Shown here one piece after another: positions 8,628 to 17,382 of a stretch of 64,000 bases of DNA. Below the pieces are notes generated by a model, which was not told the DNA's origin, did no database searches, and saw only the letters and a program-made list of their open reading frames with translations. The translations under genes and the position numbers were made by a program. Source of the stretch: Candidatus Omnitrophota bacterium (GTDB taxonomy: Bacteria > Omnitrophota > Gorgyraeia > Duberdicusellales > 4484-171); NCBI GenBank assembly GCA_003154195.1, contig PMCS01000018.1, forward strand, positions 44,773 to 108,772, given 5' to 3'. Each line of letters opens with the position of its first letter. The stretch's first letter is position 1.

Positions 8628-9874
8628 CTGAATCTATTCGGTTTTTGCCCGGAAGGCCTTCTTGGCCGCCATCCCCTGAACTGTTGCCGGGGATGGTCGC
8701 TGTATTGTTCGGAGGCGATTTCGGGATATTTGGAAACCGGCAGGGTCGCTTTGATGATTTTTTCGATATTCTCCACATCCTGTTTCTGGTCGGGTGTGGC
8801 AAAAGAAATCGCGTGTCCTTTGTTTCCGGCTCGCGCCGTGCGGCCGATGCGATGGACGTAATTTTCGGAGTCCTGCGGGATGTCGTAATTTATTACCACT
8901 TCGATTCCGGTGACATCGATTCCCCTGGCGGCAATATCGGTGGCGACGAGTATCTTGTACCGGCCGGACTTGAAGCCTTCGAGGGCCTGGCAGCGCTGGC
9001 TTAATGACCGGTCGGAATGGATTTCCGCCGCGCGGTGCCCCATGTCTTTGAGGGCTGCGGTGATTTTTCGCGCTTCATGTTTGGTGCGGGAAAATAAAAG
9101 AACGGCTCCGCGGTATTGGTTAAGTAATTTTCCCAGCAGTTTTAATTTCGCGTCGCGCCGGACGATAAATAATTCCTGAGTGATATTTTCCGCGGTAGTG
9201 CCGGACGGCGCGATTTCCACGGAAATAGGAAGTTTCATATGCTGGGACGCGATCGCCATGATTTCTTTAGGCATCGTCGCGGAAAAAAGCATGGTCTGGC
9301 GTTCCCGGGGCATTAATTTCAGTATTTGCTCGATTTGCGGGGCAAACCCCATATCCAGCATCCGGTCGGCTTCATCGAGTACGAGGATGAGCACGTCATC
9401 GGTGGCGATATTTCCTTGCCAGATGTGGTCGATAAATCTTCCCGGCGTGGAGATGATTACGCGCGGGCGTTTGCGCAACGCTTGTATCTGCGGGTTCATC
9501 AGCGCGCCGCCGATCAGACAGGCCGTATGCATCCCAAACGCATGAGTTAATCCCCTGAAGGCTTCGTCGATTTGCATGGCCAGCTCTCGGGTGGGAGCAA
9601 AGATCAGTGCTTTGCCATTTTCCACGGCCAGGCGTTGCACGATGGGGATGGCGAAAGCGTGGGTTTTTCCGGTGCCGGTCTGCGCGATACCGACAACGTC
9701 TTTGCCGGTAAGCGCTAAGGGGATAGCTTTAAGCTGAATTGGCGTGGGGATTTTAAATTTTATCCGTTCCAGGATTTCGAGGATTTTCGGCGCAATGCCT
9801 AAACCGTAAAAACTTGCTCCGGTTTCTTTGTTCTCGCGCGGAATATTTTGGGGATTATTTATTCGATGCGGCAT
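8624..9874 (-). CDS. DEAD-box ATP-dependent RNA helicase (RhlE-like)
   Basis: Q motif PTPIQ, AQTGTGKT, PTRELA, DEAD, SAT, HRIGRTAR; start uncertain (9874 or 9898). Confidence 0.93.
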   Translation of the reverse strand: MPHRINNPQNIPRENKETGASFYGLGIAPKILEILERIKFKIPTPIQLKAIPLALTGKDVVGIAQTGTGKTHAFAIPIVQRLAVENGKALIFAPTRELAMQIDEAFRGLTHAFGMHTACLIGGALMNPQIQALRKRPRVIISTPGRFIDHIWQGNIATDDVLILVLDEADRMLDMGFAPQIEQILKLMPRERQTMLFSATMPKEIMAIASQHMKLPISVEIAPSGTTAENITQELFIVRRDAKLKLLGKLLNQYRGAVLLFSRTKHEARKITAALKDMGHRAAEIHSDRSLSQRCQALEGFKSGRYKILVATDIAARGIDVTGIEVVINYDIPQDSENYVHRIGRTARAGNKGHAISFATPDQKQDVENIEKIIKATLPVSKYPEIASEQYSDHPRQQFRGWRPRRPSGQKPNRFR

Positions 9875-9978
9875 TTTTGTATTATACACCTTAAGCAAAA
9901 AAATAAAAGCAATTTATGGGATAATATCAAATTTTTTTGTTATAAAATTTTTGACCGCGTCATGATTTGGAAGTTTTT

Positions 9979-10566
9979 TTATCTTTTTGGTTCCGGCTCG
10001 TTCCGGTTGGGGTCGGATTTTATCAGCCTGAATGTTTTGAGGGAATCCTCGAATTGCGGATTCATTTTGCTATAGAATTCCGGCGATGCGGCAAAAAATA
10101 TTGCATAATAGTTGTGGGTGTAAATAAATATAATTTCATGAGTCCTTTTGATTCCGCCCAGCGCTGTGGTAAGCCCCTCTATGTCCCAGGCTTCCACACC
10201 TCCGATTTTGCGTATTGTTTGCGACAATATTTTATCGCCGATTTTATTTTTGTGCGCGATAACCATTTTTTTTCCTTCTTCCCATGCTCCCGATAGGTTA
10301 GTCGGCATGGTCACGATTTGCATCATTGCCCGCGAGGGATCGCCTTTATCTTTAAAAGGAGAAAATGTATTGGAAATGATTTTTTCCCAGCCTCCGGGGA
10401 TATCAAGGCAAAACATTCCATAGGGGTCGAGGTAGGCATAATTATTGCGTTTCCTCAAGCACCCGTTGAACAGCAGGGCGGTTATCAGGCAAAACAAAAC
10501 GAGGTATGCAATCGGATTTTTACCGGTCGTTGCTCGGCGTTTTCCCGCCAATATTCTTTCTTTCAT
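9979..10566 (-). CDS. putative lipoprotein with PsbP-like domain
   Basis: Hydrophobic stretch ending LFNGC; 'F.LDIP.GW' ... 'FEDSLKTFR'. Confidence 0.55.
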   Translation of the reverse strand: MKERILAGKRRATTGKNPIAYLVLFCLITALLFNGCLRKRNNYAYLDPYGMFCLDIPGGWEKIISNTFSPFKDKGDPSRAMMQIVTMPTNLSGAWEEGKKMVIAHKNKIGDKILSQTIRKIGGVEAWDIEGLTTALGGIKRTHEIIFIYTHNYYAIFFAASPEFYSKMNPQFEDSLKTFRLIKSDPNRNEPEPKR

Positions 10567-10569
10567 TTT

Positions 10570-11379
10570 TTACCTTCCGTTTTTTAAACTCTCTAAAAAT
10601 GATTTTATTGCCGCCAGGTATTTTTCTTTAGAATCCAGGAAGGCGTCGTTATGCCTGCCGTTTATTTCGGTAAATTCTTTCGGCGCGGCCGCCGCCTGAT
10701 AAAGCTTGAGCGCCATTGCCGGCGGTATTATCTCGTCGTCGCGGCTGGCGATAAATAATTTAGGAACGGTTACCCGTTTCACTTTATCGAGAGAATTAAA
10801 CCGGTCGGCGATAAAGAATCCCGGCACGATAGGAAAGATTTTTTTTGCCATATCCCGGGCGCTGGTAAAGGTTACCTCGGTTATTACGCCCGCCGTTTTT
10901 ACTTTTGCGGCTAAATCGATTGCTACCGCTCCGCCGAGGGATTCCCCGTAAAGGATGATATCTTCCGGGTTTATTTTTCGTTCGGCGGTCAGGTAGGTAT
11001 AGGCAGTTTCCGCGTCGGCATAGATACCTTTTTCGTAAGGTTTTCCCTGCGATTTGCCGTAACCCCGGTAATCGATGATTAATATATTTAGCCCCAGCGA
11101 TTGGAGCATCGCTATTTTATCCAAACGATGCGATAGATTTCCGGCATTGCCGTGAAAAAATAACAAGGTAAATTTAGCGCTACTGTGCGGTATAAACCAG
11201 GCGTTTATTTTAATTTTATCCGGGGTGATGAGGCCGATATCTTCAAAGGCCAGGTTTATCAGATTTGGCGTTGCTTCTATTCTTTTTGACGGGAAGAATA
11301 CGCCGTTGTATTCAATATATTTCACGTAAATAAAAAATAGTGCGAATATTCCCAGTGCATAAACTGCTATTTTAAACAT
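10570..11379 (-). CDS. alpha/beta hydrolase (YfhR/ABHD13-like)
   Basis: FHGNAGN, DYRGYGKS, GESLGG nucleophile elbow, DEII, HND. Confidence 0.9.
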   Translation of the reverse strand: MFKIAVYALGIFALFFIYVKYIEYNGVFFPSKRIEATPNLINLAFEDIGLITPDKIKINAWFIPHSSAKFTLLFFHGNAGNLSHRLDKIAMLQSLGLNILIIDYRGYGKSQGKPYEKGIYADAETAYTYLTAERKINPEDIILYGESLGGAVAIDLAAKVKTAGVITEVTFTSARDMAKKIFPIVPGFFIADRFNSLDKVKRVTVPKLFIASRDDEIIPPAMALKLYQAAAAPKEFTEINGRHNDAFLDSKEKYLAAIKSFLESLKNGR

Positions 11380-11390
11380 AAATACTTTAC

Positions 11391-11560
11391 AGGTTAGGGC
11401 TAAGGTTAAGAAGCCGGTAACAAATCGGCTAAGGTTAAGGTTAGGATGACGGTTTGGGCTATGGTAATGGTTAGGGCTGATATGAATTTACAGCCTTAAC
11501 CCTAACCCTGACCTATACTGGCATCCTTACCTTTACCCTAACCAAGTTTTATTACCCTAC
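11391..11560. repeat. short-period inverted repeat (GGTTAG/CTAACC type)
   Basis: ggttagggctaaggttaag... followed by complementary ccttaaccctaaccctgacc... Confidence 0.7.
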
Positions 11561-11901
11561 CCGTTTTTAATTATTAACGTATCCCCTTCTTTTATCCCTT
11601 TCGCTGCTGATAGTCCCGCGGCGCATTCGATGGTATAGAACGATTTGCGGCAAAACACTATTCGCATCGGCGGGACATTTTCGCGTAGTTTGATTACCTC
11701 CATGCTTTTGTCCAGGAAAATGATGTCAATCGGCATCAGCATAAAAAAAGTGTGGATTTCGCCCGCGCGATAAAAAATTAAAGCCTGATTATCCGGGATA
11801 CTTTTTCGAAACATTAATCCGATGAGGCGTTTGAGGCGTGAGTCGGCCATCCTTGCGTCATCAAAAAGGATTTTATTTCCGGCGTTGAGTATCTGCGGCA
11901 T
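11557..11901 (-). CDS. DUF192 family protein
   Basis: ADS...R..GLMFR, IHTFFM..PIDIIFLD, IECAAG. Confidence 0.85.
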   Translation of the reverse strand: MPQILNAGNKILFDDARMADSRLKRLIGLMFRKSIPDNQALIFYRAGEIHTFFMLMPIDIIFLDKSMEVIKLRENVPPMRIVFCRKSFYTIECAAGLSAAKGIKEGDTLIIKNG

Positions 11902-11976
11902 ATAATTTAAGTAGCTAGTAGAAAGTAGCCAGTAAACGGAAAAGCAAGAAGACATATTTCTTTTTCTATTTACTTT

Positions 11977-12384
11977 CTACTTTGTGTTTTCTGCCGTTAA
12001 GGCGGCGCGAATGTCGTCGGGAATAACCATTGGCTTAAAGCCGTCGTTTACGCATACCAGGACTACCGTTGACCGGGCGATCAAAGCATCCCCGCGGTAG
12101 ATATTTTGCATAAATACCATTGACGCCGATTTTATTTTTTCAATTTCCGTAACGATTTGTAAAGTATCTTGATATTGCGCCGGCAGTTTATAGTCGATCT
12201 CAAGTTTGGCTACGACAAACCATATCCCCTTGTCGCCGAGGCCTTTCAGGTCAAGGCCTTTGTCGATAAGGTATTGCGTCCGGCCTTCTTCCAGATATTT
12301 CAGGTAATTGGCGTAATAAACTACTTCGCCGGCGTCGGTATCGTGGTAGTAAATTTTTTTTTCTATAATATTTTTATTGTCCAT
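11977..12384 (-). CDS. YbgC/FadM family acyl-CoA thioesterase
   Basis: YHDTDAGEVVYYANYLKYLEEGR hot-dog motif. Confidence 0.9.
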   Translation of the reverse strand: MDNKNIIEKKIYYHDTDAGEVVYYANYLKYLEEGRTQYLIDKGLDLKGLGDKGIWFVVAKLEIDYKLPAQYQDTLQIVTEIEKIKSASMVFMQNIYRGDALIARSTVVLVCVNDGFKPMVIPDDIRAALTAENTK

Positions 12385-13717
12385 TATTATTATTCCCGCC
12401 ATTTTGTCCGGCGGTATCAATCAGTTTATGCTCGTCAGGCGCGTTCACCGGCAGTTCCTGCACATTTTTTAATTTTCTTTCGATGGTGTGCGACTTTTTT
12501 GAGGCGTCTTCAACGATATTGGCCGCTTCCTGTAATTTTTTTTGTGTGCGTTCCAGGATTTCGTTAAATTTACCGAATTCTGTTTTTACCGCCCCCAGGA
12601 GCTGCCATACTTCACTGGCGCGTTTTTCTATTGCCAGGGTCCGGAATCCCATTTGCAGGCTGTTTAAAATCGCCGAGATTGTCGTCGGCCCGGCCAGTGA
12701 AACGCGGTAGTCTTTGCGCAGGGTATCGGATAACCCGGGCTTACGTAATACTTCGGCGTAGAGGCCTTCGACCGGCAGGAATAGTATGCCGAAATCAGTA
12801 GTGTTGGGCGGGTCGATATATTTTTCCTTAATATCTTTTGCTTCGGATTTTATCCTTGTTTCCAGCGCCTTTGCCGCTGTTTCAATTGATTCGATGTCGC
12901 CTTTTTCCTGCGCTTCGACGAGCTTTTGGTAGTCTTCGAGAGGAAATTTAGCGTCAATCGGCAGCCATGTCGCGGTACCGTCTTTGCCGGGGAGTTTTAT
13001 CGCGAACTCCACCCGTTCATTGCTCCCGATTTTTGTAACGACGTTTTTCGCGTATTGTTCGCGGGTTAAAATCTCTTCAAGGAGATTTTCCAATTGGACT
13101 TCTCCCCACATCCCCCTGGTTTTTACGTTGGTGAGTACTTTTTTTAGATCGCCGACTCCATTGGCAAGGCTTTGCATTTCGCCCAGGCCTTTGGATACCA
13201 GTTCCAACCTTTCGCTTACCAATTTGAACGATTCCCCCAGCCTTTTTTCCAGGGTATTGTGCAGTTTTTCGTCGACCGTGGCGCGCATTTGTTCAAGTTT
13301 CGTATTATTGTCATCCTGAAGATTTTTTAGTTTTTCTTCGACCGTGGCCCTCATTGCTTCCAGCTTCTGCTCATTCATCCGCGTAAGCGACGTTAATTGT
13401 CCGGAAAATACATCAAGCTGGTTTTTTTGCAGGTTCGCGATGTTGCTCATGGCGGCAAGAAGCGAGTCGTTGAAAGATTTTAAATTAGCGCTCATCTCCT
13501 GGCGGTTATCTTTCGCGGTCGCGTTGGTCTCCTGGCGGGTTTTTCCCGACTCATCTTTTATCGCGTTCTCTAACCGGGCAAGGCTTTGCTCCGCGTAGTC
13601 TAACTTTTCCCGGAACTTTATAATTTCGCCGGCAGGATTTCGTTTAAGCGAAACAAATAAAAATACCAGGTTTATTGCGCTAAGCGCGAGTAAGATTATT
13701 AAAAAGGCGGTAGTCAT
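12374..13717 (-). CDS. rmuC: DNA recombination protein RmuC
   Basis: N-terminal TM and coiled coil; NVKTRG.WGE.QL, LPIDAKFP, KYIDPP.TTDF. Confidence 0.95.
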   Translation of the reverse strand: MTTAFLIILLALSAINLVFLFVSLKRNPAGEIIKFREKLDYAEQSLARLENAIKDESGKTRQETNATAKDNRQEMSANLKSFNDSLLAAMSNIANLQKNQLDVFSGQLTSLTRMNEQKLEAMRATVEEKLKNLQDDNNTKLEQMRATVDEKLHNTLEKRLGESFKLVSERLELVSKGLGEMQSLANGVGDLKKVLTNVKTRGMWGEVQLENLLEEILTREQYAKNVVTKIGSNERVEFAIKLPGKDGTATWLPIDAKFPLEDYQKLVEAQEKGDIESIETAAKALETRIKSEAKDIKEKYIDPPNTTDFGILFLPVEGLYAEVLRKPGLSDTLRKDYRVSLAGPTTISAILNSLQMGFRTLAIEKRASEVWQLLGAVKTEFGKFNEILERTQKKLQEAANIVEDASKKSHTIERKLKNVQELPVNAPDEHKLIDTAGQNGGNNNNGQ

Positions 13718-13724
13718 GAGAGTT

Positions 13725-13753
13725 ATTTTAACTTACACGGCCTTGGCGGTCAA
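13725..13753 (-). promoter_or_regulatory. sigma70-type promoter of rmuC, probably leaderless
   Basis: TTGACC-N17-TAAAAT with ATG 7 nt downstream of the -10. Confidence 0.6.
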
Positions 13754-13767
13754 GGAGGGAATTTGAC

Positions 13768-13872
13768 GTCAGATAGACAGATGTCAGATAATCAGATATC
13801 AGATAATCGGATAACAGGTATCCGCCATCTGTCGTTCTGCTTATCGGGCATCTGCCTATCTATTTATCTGAC
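13768..13872. repeat. short-period inverted repeat (CAGATA/TATCTG type)
   Basis: cagatagacagatgtcagataatcagatatcaga ... atctgcctatctatttatctga. Confidence 0.65.
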
Positions 13873-14846
13873 ACCTGTTTATCTGATACTGGTTTTATAT
13901 CAAAAATAGTTATCTCCGGACGGGCGAAAAATCTTATTTTTGGCGCCGGCATCATGTCCATTCCCAGGCCTCGATTGACATAAAGAATCGTGCTGCCGAT
14001 ATGGTAGATCCCGGATTCGTATTTTTTTCCATATTTGGAAAGAGTGATTATCGCTCCGTAGAACGGCAAGCTGACCTGTCCTCCATGAGTATGGCCGCTG
14101 AGGTATAAATCGACGTTGTTCCTGGCGTATTCGATCAGGGCTGACGAATGATAAAGAAATATTTTAAAGTTTTTACCGGCGGAGTTTTGTAACATTGCCG
14201 GATTTATTTTTTGATAAGTGTAATTCATGCCGTAGAGGAAGATCGTTTCGCCGTTTTTTACTACGGCGGCGCGTTTATTGTTGAGTTCTTTGAAGCCGGA
14301 GTTTTTAAATAAATTTATTTTTGGCCAGTATCTTGCGTCTACATTACCGCGCACCGCGTATTTTATCCCGGCGTTTATGCGTTTAAGCGTATCCTGGAAA
14401 ACCGGCAAAGCCAGGCTGGTGTTAAGCGCATCGCCGGTAAAAACTACGATATCCGGTTTAAGTTTGTTAATGATGTCAGGGATGCGTTTTTCGTTTACGC
14501 TACCCCGGTCGCAGTGCAAGTCGGAGATCTGAGCGATGCGAAAGCTCGTCTTATTTAGTTTGGGAGTGGCGATTTCTATTATTTTTGTTTCCACCCAGTA
14601 GGGTTCGATAAAAAAACCGTAGGCAAGGCATAAAACGCTGGCAAGGGTCAGGGCGTGCAGGATAACGATAGGTTTAGCCGGTTTTTTCCGTGGTTTTTTG
14701 CGCAGCAAACTAACGAGAAATTTTATTAATAAGACTGATTCAGCAAAGTATAGCGCGGCCAGGAAAGCGAAGAGAATAATAAGGCCGGTTAATTCGCCGA
14801 AGCGTAATTCTTTGATAATTGATTTGAGGGATAGACTAGGCTCCAT
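13860..14846 (-). CDS. membrane-anchored metallophosphoesterase (YkuE/YaeI-like)
   Basis: SDLH, FTGD, GNVD, GHTHGGQ, NRGLG. Confidence 0.88.
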   Translation of the reverse strand: MEPSLSLKSIIKELRFGELTGLIILFAFLAALYFAESVLLIKFLVSLLRKKPRKKPAKPIVILHALTLASVLCLAYGFFIEPYWVETKIIEIATPKLNKTSFRIAQISDLHCDRGSVNEKRIPDIINKLKPDIVVFTGDALNTSLALPVFQDTLKRINAGIKYAVRGNVDARYWPKINLFKNSGFKELNNKRAAVVKNGETIFLYGMNYTYQKINPAMLQNSAGKNFKIFLYHSSALIEYARNNVDLYLSGHTHGGQVSLPFYGAIITLSKYGKKYESGIYHIGSTILYVNRGLGMDMMPAPKIRFFARPEITIFDIKPVSDKQVSDK

Positions 14847-16424
14847 TTAAAAGGGAATATTTCGGTTGGGCTCTTTTTTCTTAAGCGCGTACGTTTGTAC
14901 TTGGTCTTTTTCGCATATCCCGGCCGGCGCGAACTCATTTTTACTGCGTATTTTCTGGTAAGTGCTTTCCGAAATCAGTATTTCTCCGGGGTTGGCCATT
15001 TTCTGGAGATGTCCGGCGATGTCCAGCGCGGCGCTGAAGATTTCGCTGTTTTTCTGAGAGGTATCCGCCACAATTTTTCCCGTATTGATGCCCTGCCGGA
15101 CACGAAATCCCGATTTTAACGTATTGATCGATTTATTGAACCGGTCGATTTCTTTAAGTATTTCCTGGGCGGTTATTACCGCCTGGTCGGCGCTTTCGAA
15201 AATATAGATCGCGCCGTCTCCCGAGCGGGTCAAGATTTTTCCCCGGCGTCTCTGAATGGCGTCATCAACTATTTTCCAATACTTACGAAACGCCAGGAGT
15301 ACATTTTCCGCTTGTTCTTCCGATTTTAATTTAGCGCTGTCGGCGACGTCGATATCCAGCGCCGTTATCTCACGGACAAATTTTCGATTAATGTATTCTT
15401 GAAGTTTTTTCTGCATCTGAAGCGATTCTTCAAGGGTCAGCCCCTGGATCACGGCGATTTTTTCCCTGTCCGGCGGCGTCGGAGGGGTATCATCCGCGTT
15501 TTCCGATTCTCGCGGATTTTCCGTATCGTCCGCGGCGATTTTTCCGGCGGCGGCCCGCTTCGTTTCCCATATAACTAGCGCGATCAGCATGGCAATCGCG
15601 GCGCGCAGAGTGAAATCCGTCAGGCTAAAAGGAATTTTTTCCTGGTAAAGCGTCAGCACAATAAATTGCAATACGGTAATCATCGCGATGCCGATAACGG
15701 CGGCAAGTAAGTCGAGCGGCCATTTTTTTTTCGCGATTAAAAAGTGCAAGAGGGAGCTGGTTACTCCCCAGGCGACGACTTGCAGAAAGACCAGGGGCTG
15801 GTAGAGCATGAATTTTAACAGCTTAACCGCAGTGACCAGCGCGCCGCTCAGGTCGAAGGCTGAAAAAGCTTCTTTCAGCCAGGAAAGATTATAGAAAGGC
15901 GACTGGGGTTTAGAATTCAGGGCAATAAATTTATAGAGCGGTATCCCGATAACCAGGTTGCCCATAAGCTCTTGCTGTCCGATTATCCCCGCGATACAGC
16001 AGGCAAGGCAGGCGATGCTTGCTATAGTGCCGGCGGCCAATTGGGTTTCCGCCAACAGCGGCGCCAGAAAGATTATCAAAAATTCAATGGGCAAAGGCCG
16101 GCCAAAAATATTTAAAGCGGCCAGAAAAGGCGCGGCAACGATAAGCAGGAAGATTCTAGGGAAAGGCTGTGTTCTAACGGAAAATATTACCGCGATCACG
16201 GCGGCAAGCAGGTACAGGGTAAAAAGTTCCGGGGATTGATACAAAAGACTTATGCCGAAAACCGCCATCGCGGCGAAAATAGCGGTTTTGATAAACCAGT
16301 ATGCCGAAAGAGTTATCAGCAGAACAAAGGCCAACGTCCACCATTGAGGGAAATAGGGAAATACCCCGAGGGATAAATAGGTTAAAGCTCCGGCGGTTAA
16401 CGCCTGGAAAATTCTACCGAGCAT
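14847..16424 (-). CDS. multi-TM protein with C-terminal class III adenylate/guanylate cyclase domain
   Basis: Many hydrophobic helices; LDIDVADS, SGDG, RQGINTG, A.PGEILISE. Confidence 0.8.
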   Translation of the reverse strand: MLGRIFQALTAGALTYLSLGVFPYFPQWWTLAFVLLITLSAYWFIKTAIFAAMAVFGISLLYQSPELFTLYLLAAVIAVIFSVRTQPFPRIFLLIVAAPFLAALNIFGRPLPIEFLIIFLAPLLAETQLAAGTIASIACLACCIAGIIGQQELMGNLVIGIPLYKFIALNSKPQSPFYNLSWLKEAFSAFDLSGALVTAVKLLKFMLYQPLVFLQVVAWGVTSSLLHFLIAKKKWPLDLLAAVIGIAMITVLQFIVLTLYQEKIPFSLTDFTLRAAIAMLIALVIWETKRAAAGKIAADDTENPRESENADDTPPTPPDREKIAVIQGLTLEESLQMQKKLQEYINRKFVREITALDIDVADSAKLKSEEQAENVLLAFRKYWKIVDDAIQRRRGKILTRSGDGAIYIFESADQAVITAQEILKEIDRFNKSINTLKSGFRVRQGINTGKIVADTSQKNSEIFSAALDIAGHLQKMANPGEILISESTYQKIRSKNEFAPAGICEKDQVQTYALKKKEPNRNIPF

Positions 16425-16471
16425 GTATTATATTTATATTAGAAATACAATGTTGTCAATAGGAAAATTTA

Positions 16472-16590
16472 AGGGGATCGGGGGGTCGGGGAATTGGGGT
16501 TTGGGAATCAGGATATTGGGTGATTGGGTAGTGCCTGATTCCCAGTTTCCCAGTCCCCAAATCCCGATGTCCTGATTTCCTGCTACCCTT
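16472..16590. repeat. short-period inverted repeat (GGGAATTG/CAATTCCC type)
   Basis: G-rich 8-mer array followed by a C-rich complementary array; similar blocks at 46090..46205 and 62925..63035. Confidence 0.7.
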
Positions 16591-16621
16591 ATTTATGCGC
16601 TTGTTTTTTCTTCGCTGCCGG

Positions 16622-17185
16622 TTACCTTTTAATGCCCGGCGATGATTTTCCCAGGTAAGCGTTGACGCGTTCTTCGATGATGAGCCGGGGGTTGGCTTTT
16701 ATTTTTTTCAGGTGTTCGAGCTGAGCTCCCAGCAAATTTATCTGGGCATCGATATTTTTGCCGTAATTATTCACATCGATGCTTGCTTCGACCAGGGAGG
16801 TAAGCTGCTGCCGCGCGTCTTGTTCCGGCAGCTTTCCGCTGTGGTACGCCGCGACAATCGCGGATATTTTTTTGCCTAGTTCTTTTTTTTCCAGGTACTT
16901 TTGATAAGCGGCCGGGTCTTTTTCTTTCATCTGCTGCATCATCCGTTCTTCCATCGCGTTTTGATTGCTAAGGTTGGATGGTTGGCGCATCGCCGAAGAC
17001 GGCATTGTCCGGAAAACGCTGGTAGTTGTCGACGTTTTAGTTTGTGTCGTTGTCGTTGACGCCGCAGGTGTTGTGCTGCTGGTCACTTTTTTACCGCTTG
17101 ATTTAATGACTACGTTCTCACCGTAGGCAAGAGATACGCCGATTGCGCTTACCGCTACGAATACTGATAACACAAATAGTCTCAT
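16622..17185 (-). CDS. exported hypothetical protein with Thr/Ser-rich linker
   Basis: Signal peptide, AGGAGG RBS, helical C-terminus. Confidence 0.65.
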   Translation of the reverse strand: MRLFVLSVFVAVSAIGVSLAYGENVVIKSSGKKVTSSTTPAASTTTTQTKTSTTTSVFRTMPSSAMRQPSNLSNQNAMEERMMQQMKEKDPAAYQKYLEKKELGKKISAIVAAYHSGKLPEQDARQQLTSLVEASIDVNNYGKNIDAQINLLGAQLEHLKKIKANPRLIIEERVNAYLGKSSPGIKR

Positions 17186-17350
17186 AAAAATTACCTCCTT
17201 ATTTTTTTGCTGGCAAAAAAATAATCACTCTTCCGTTTTTACCAACAAAATTATACCAACCAATTCAGTGAAATACTTTTTTCATAATGTATGATTATCT
17301 TTGGGTTAAATAGACCGTCTTCTTAATCTTTTTTTCGTCAACTTATAATT

Positions 17351-17380
17351 CAAAAAATGCGTTTTCCAACGCATTTTTTG
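17351..17380. terminator. intrinsic terminator-like hairpin after the fibre gene
   Basis: caaaaaatgcgtt-ttcc-aacgcattttttg. Confidence 0.6.
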
Positions 17381-17382
17381 AA

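Noticed and set aside
11391-11560. Telomere-like TTAGGG repeats
   Set aside because: The units are degenerate, internal and arranged as an inverted pair. They belong to the intergenic repeat family also seen at 48325 and 50268.
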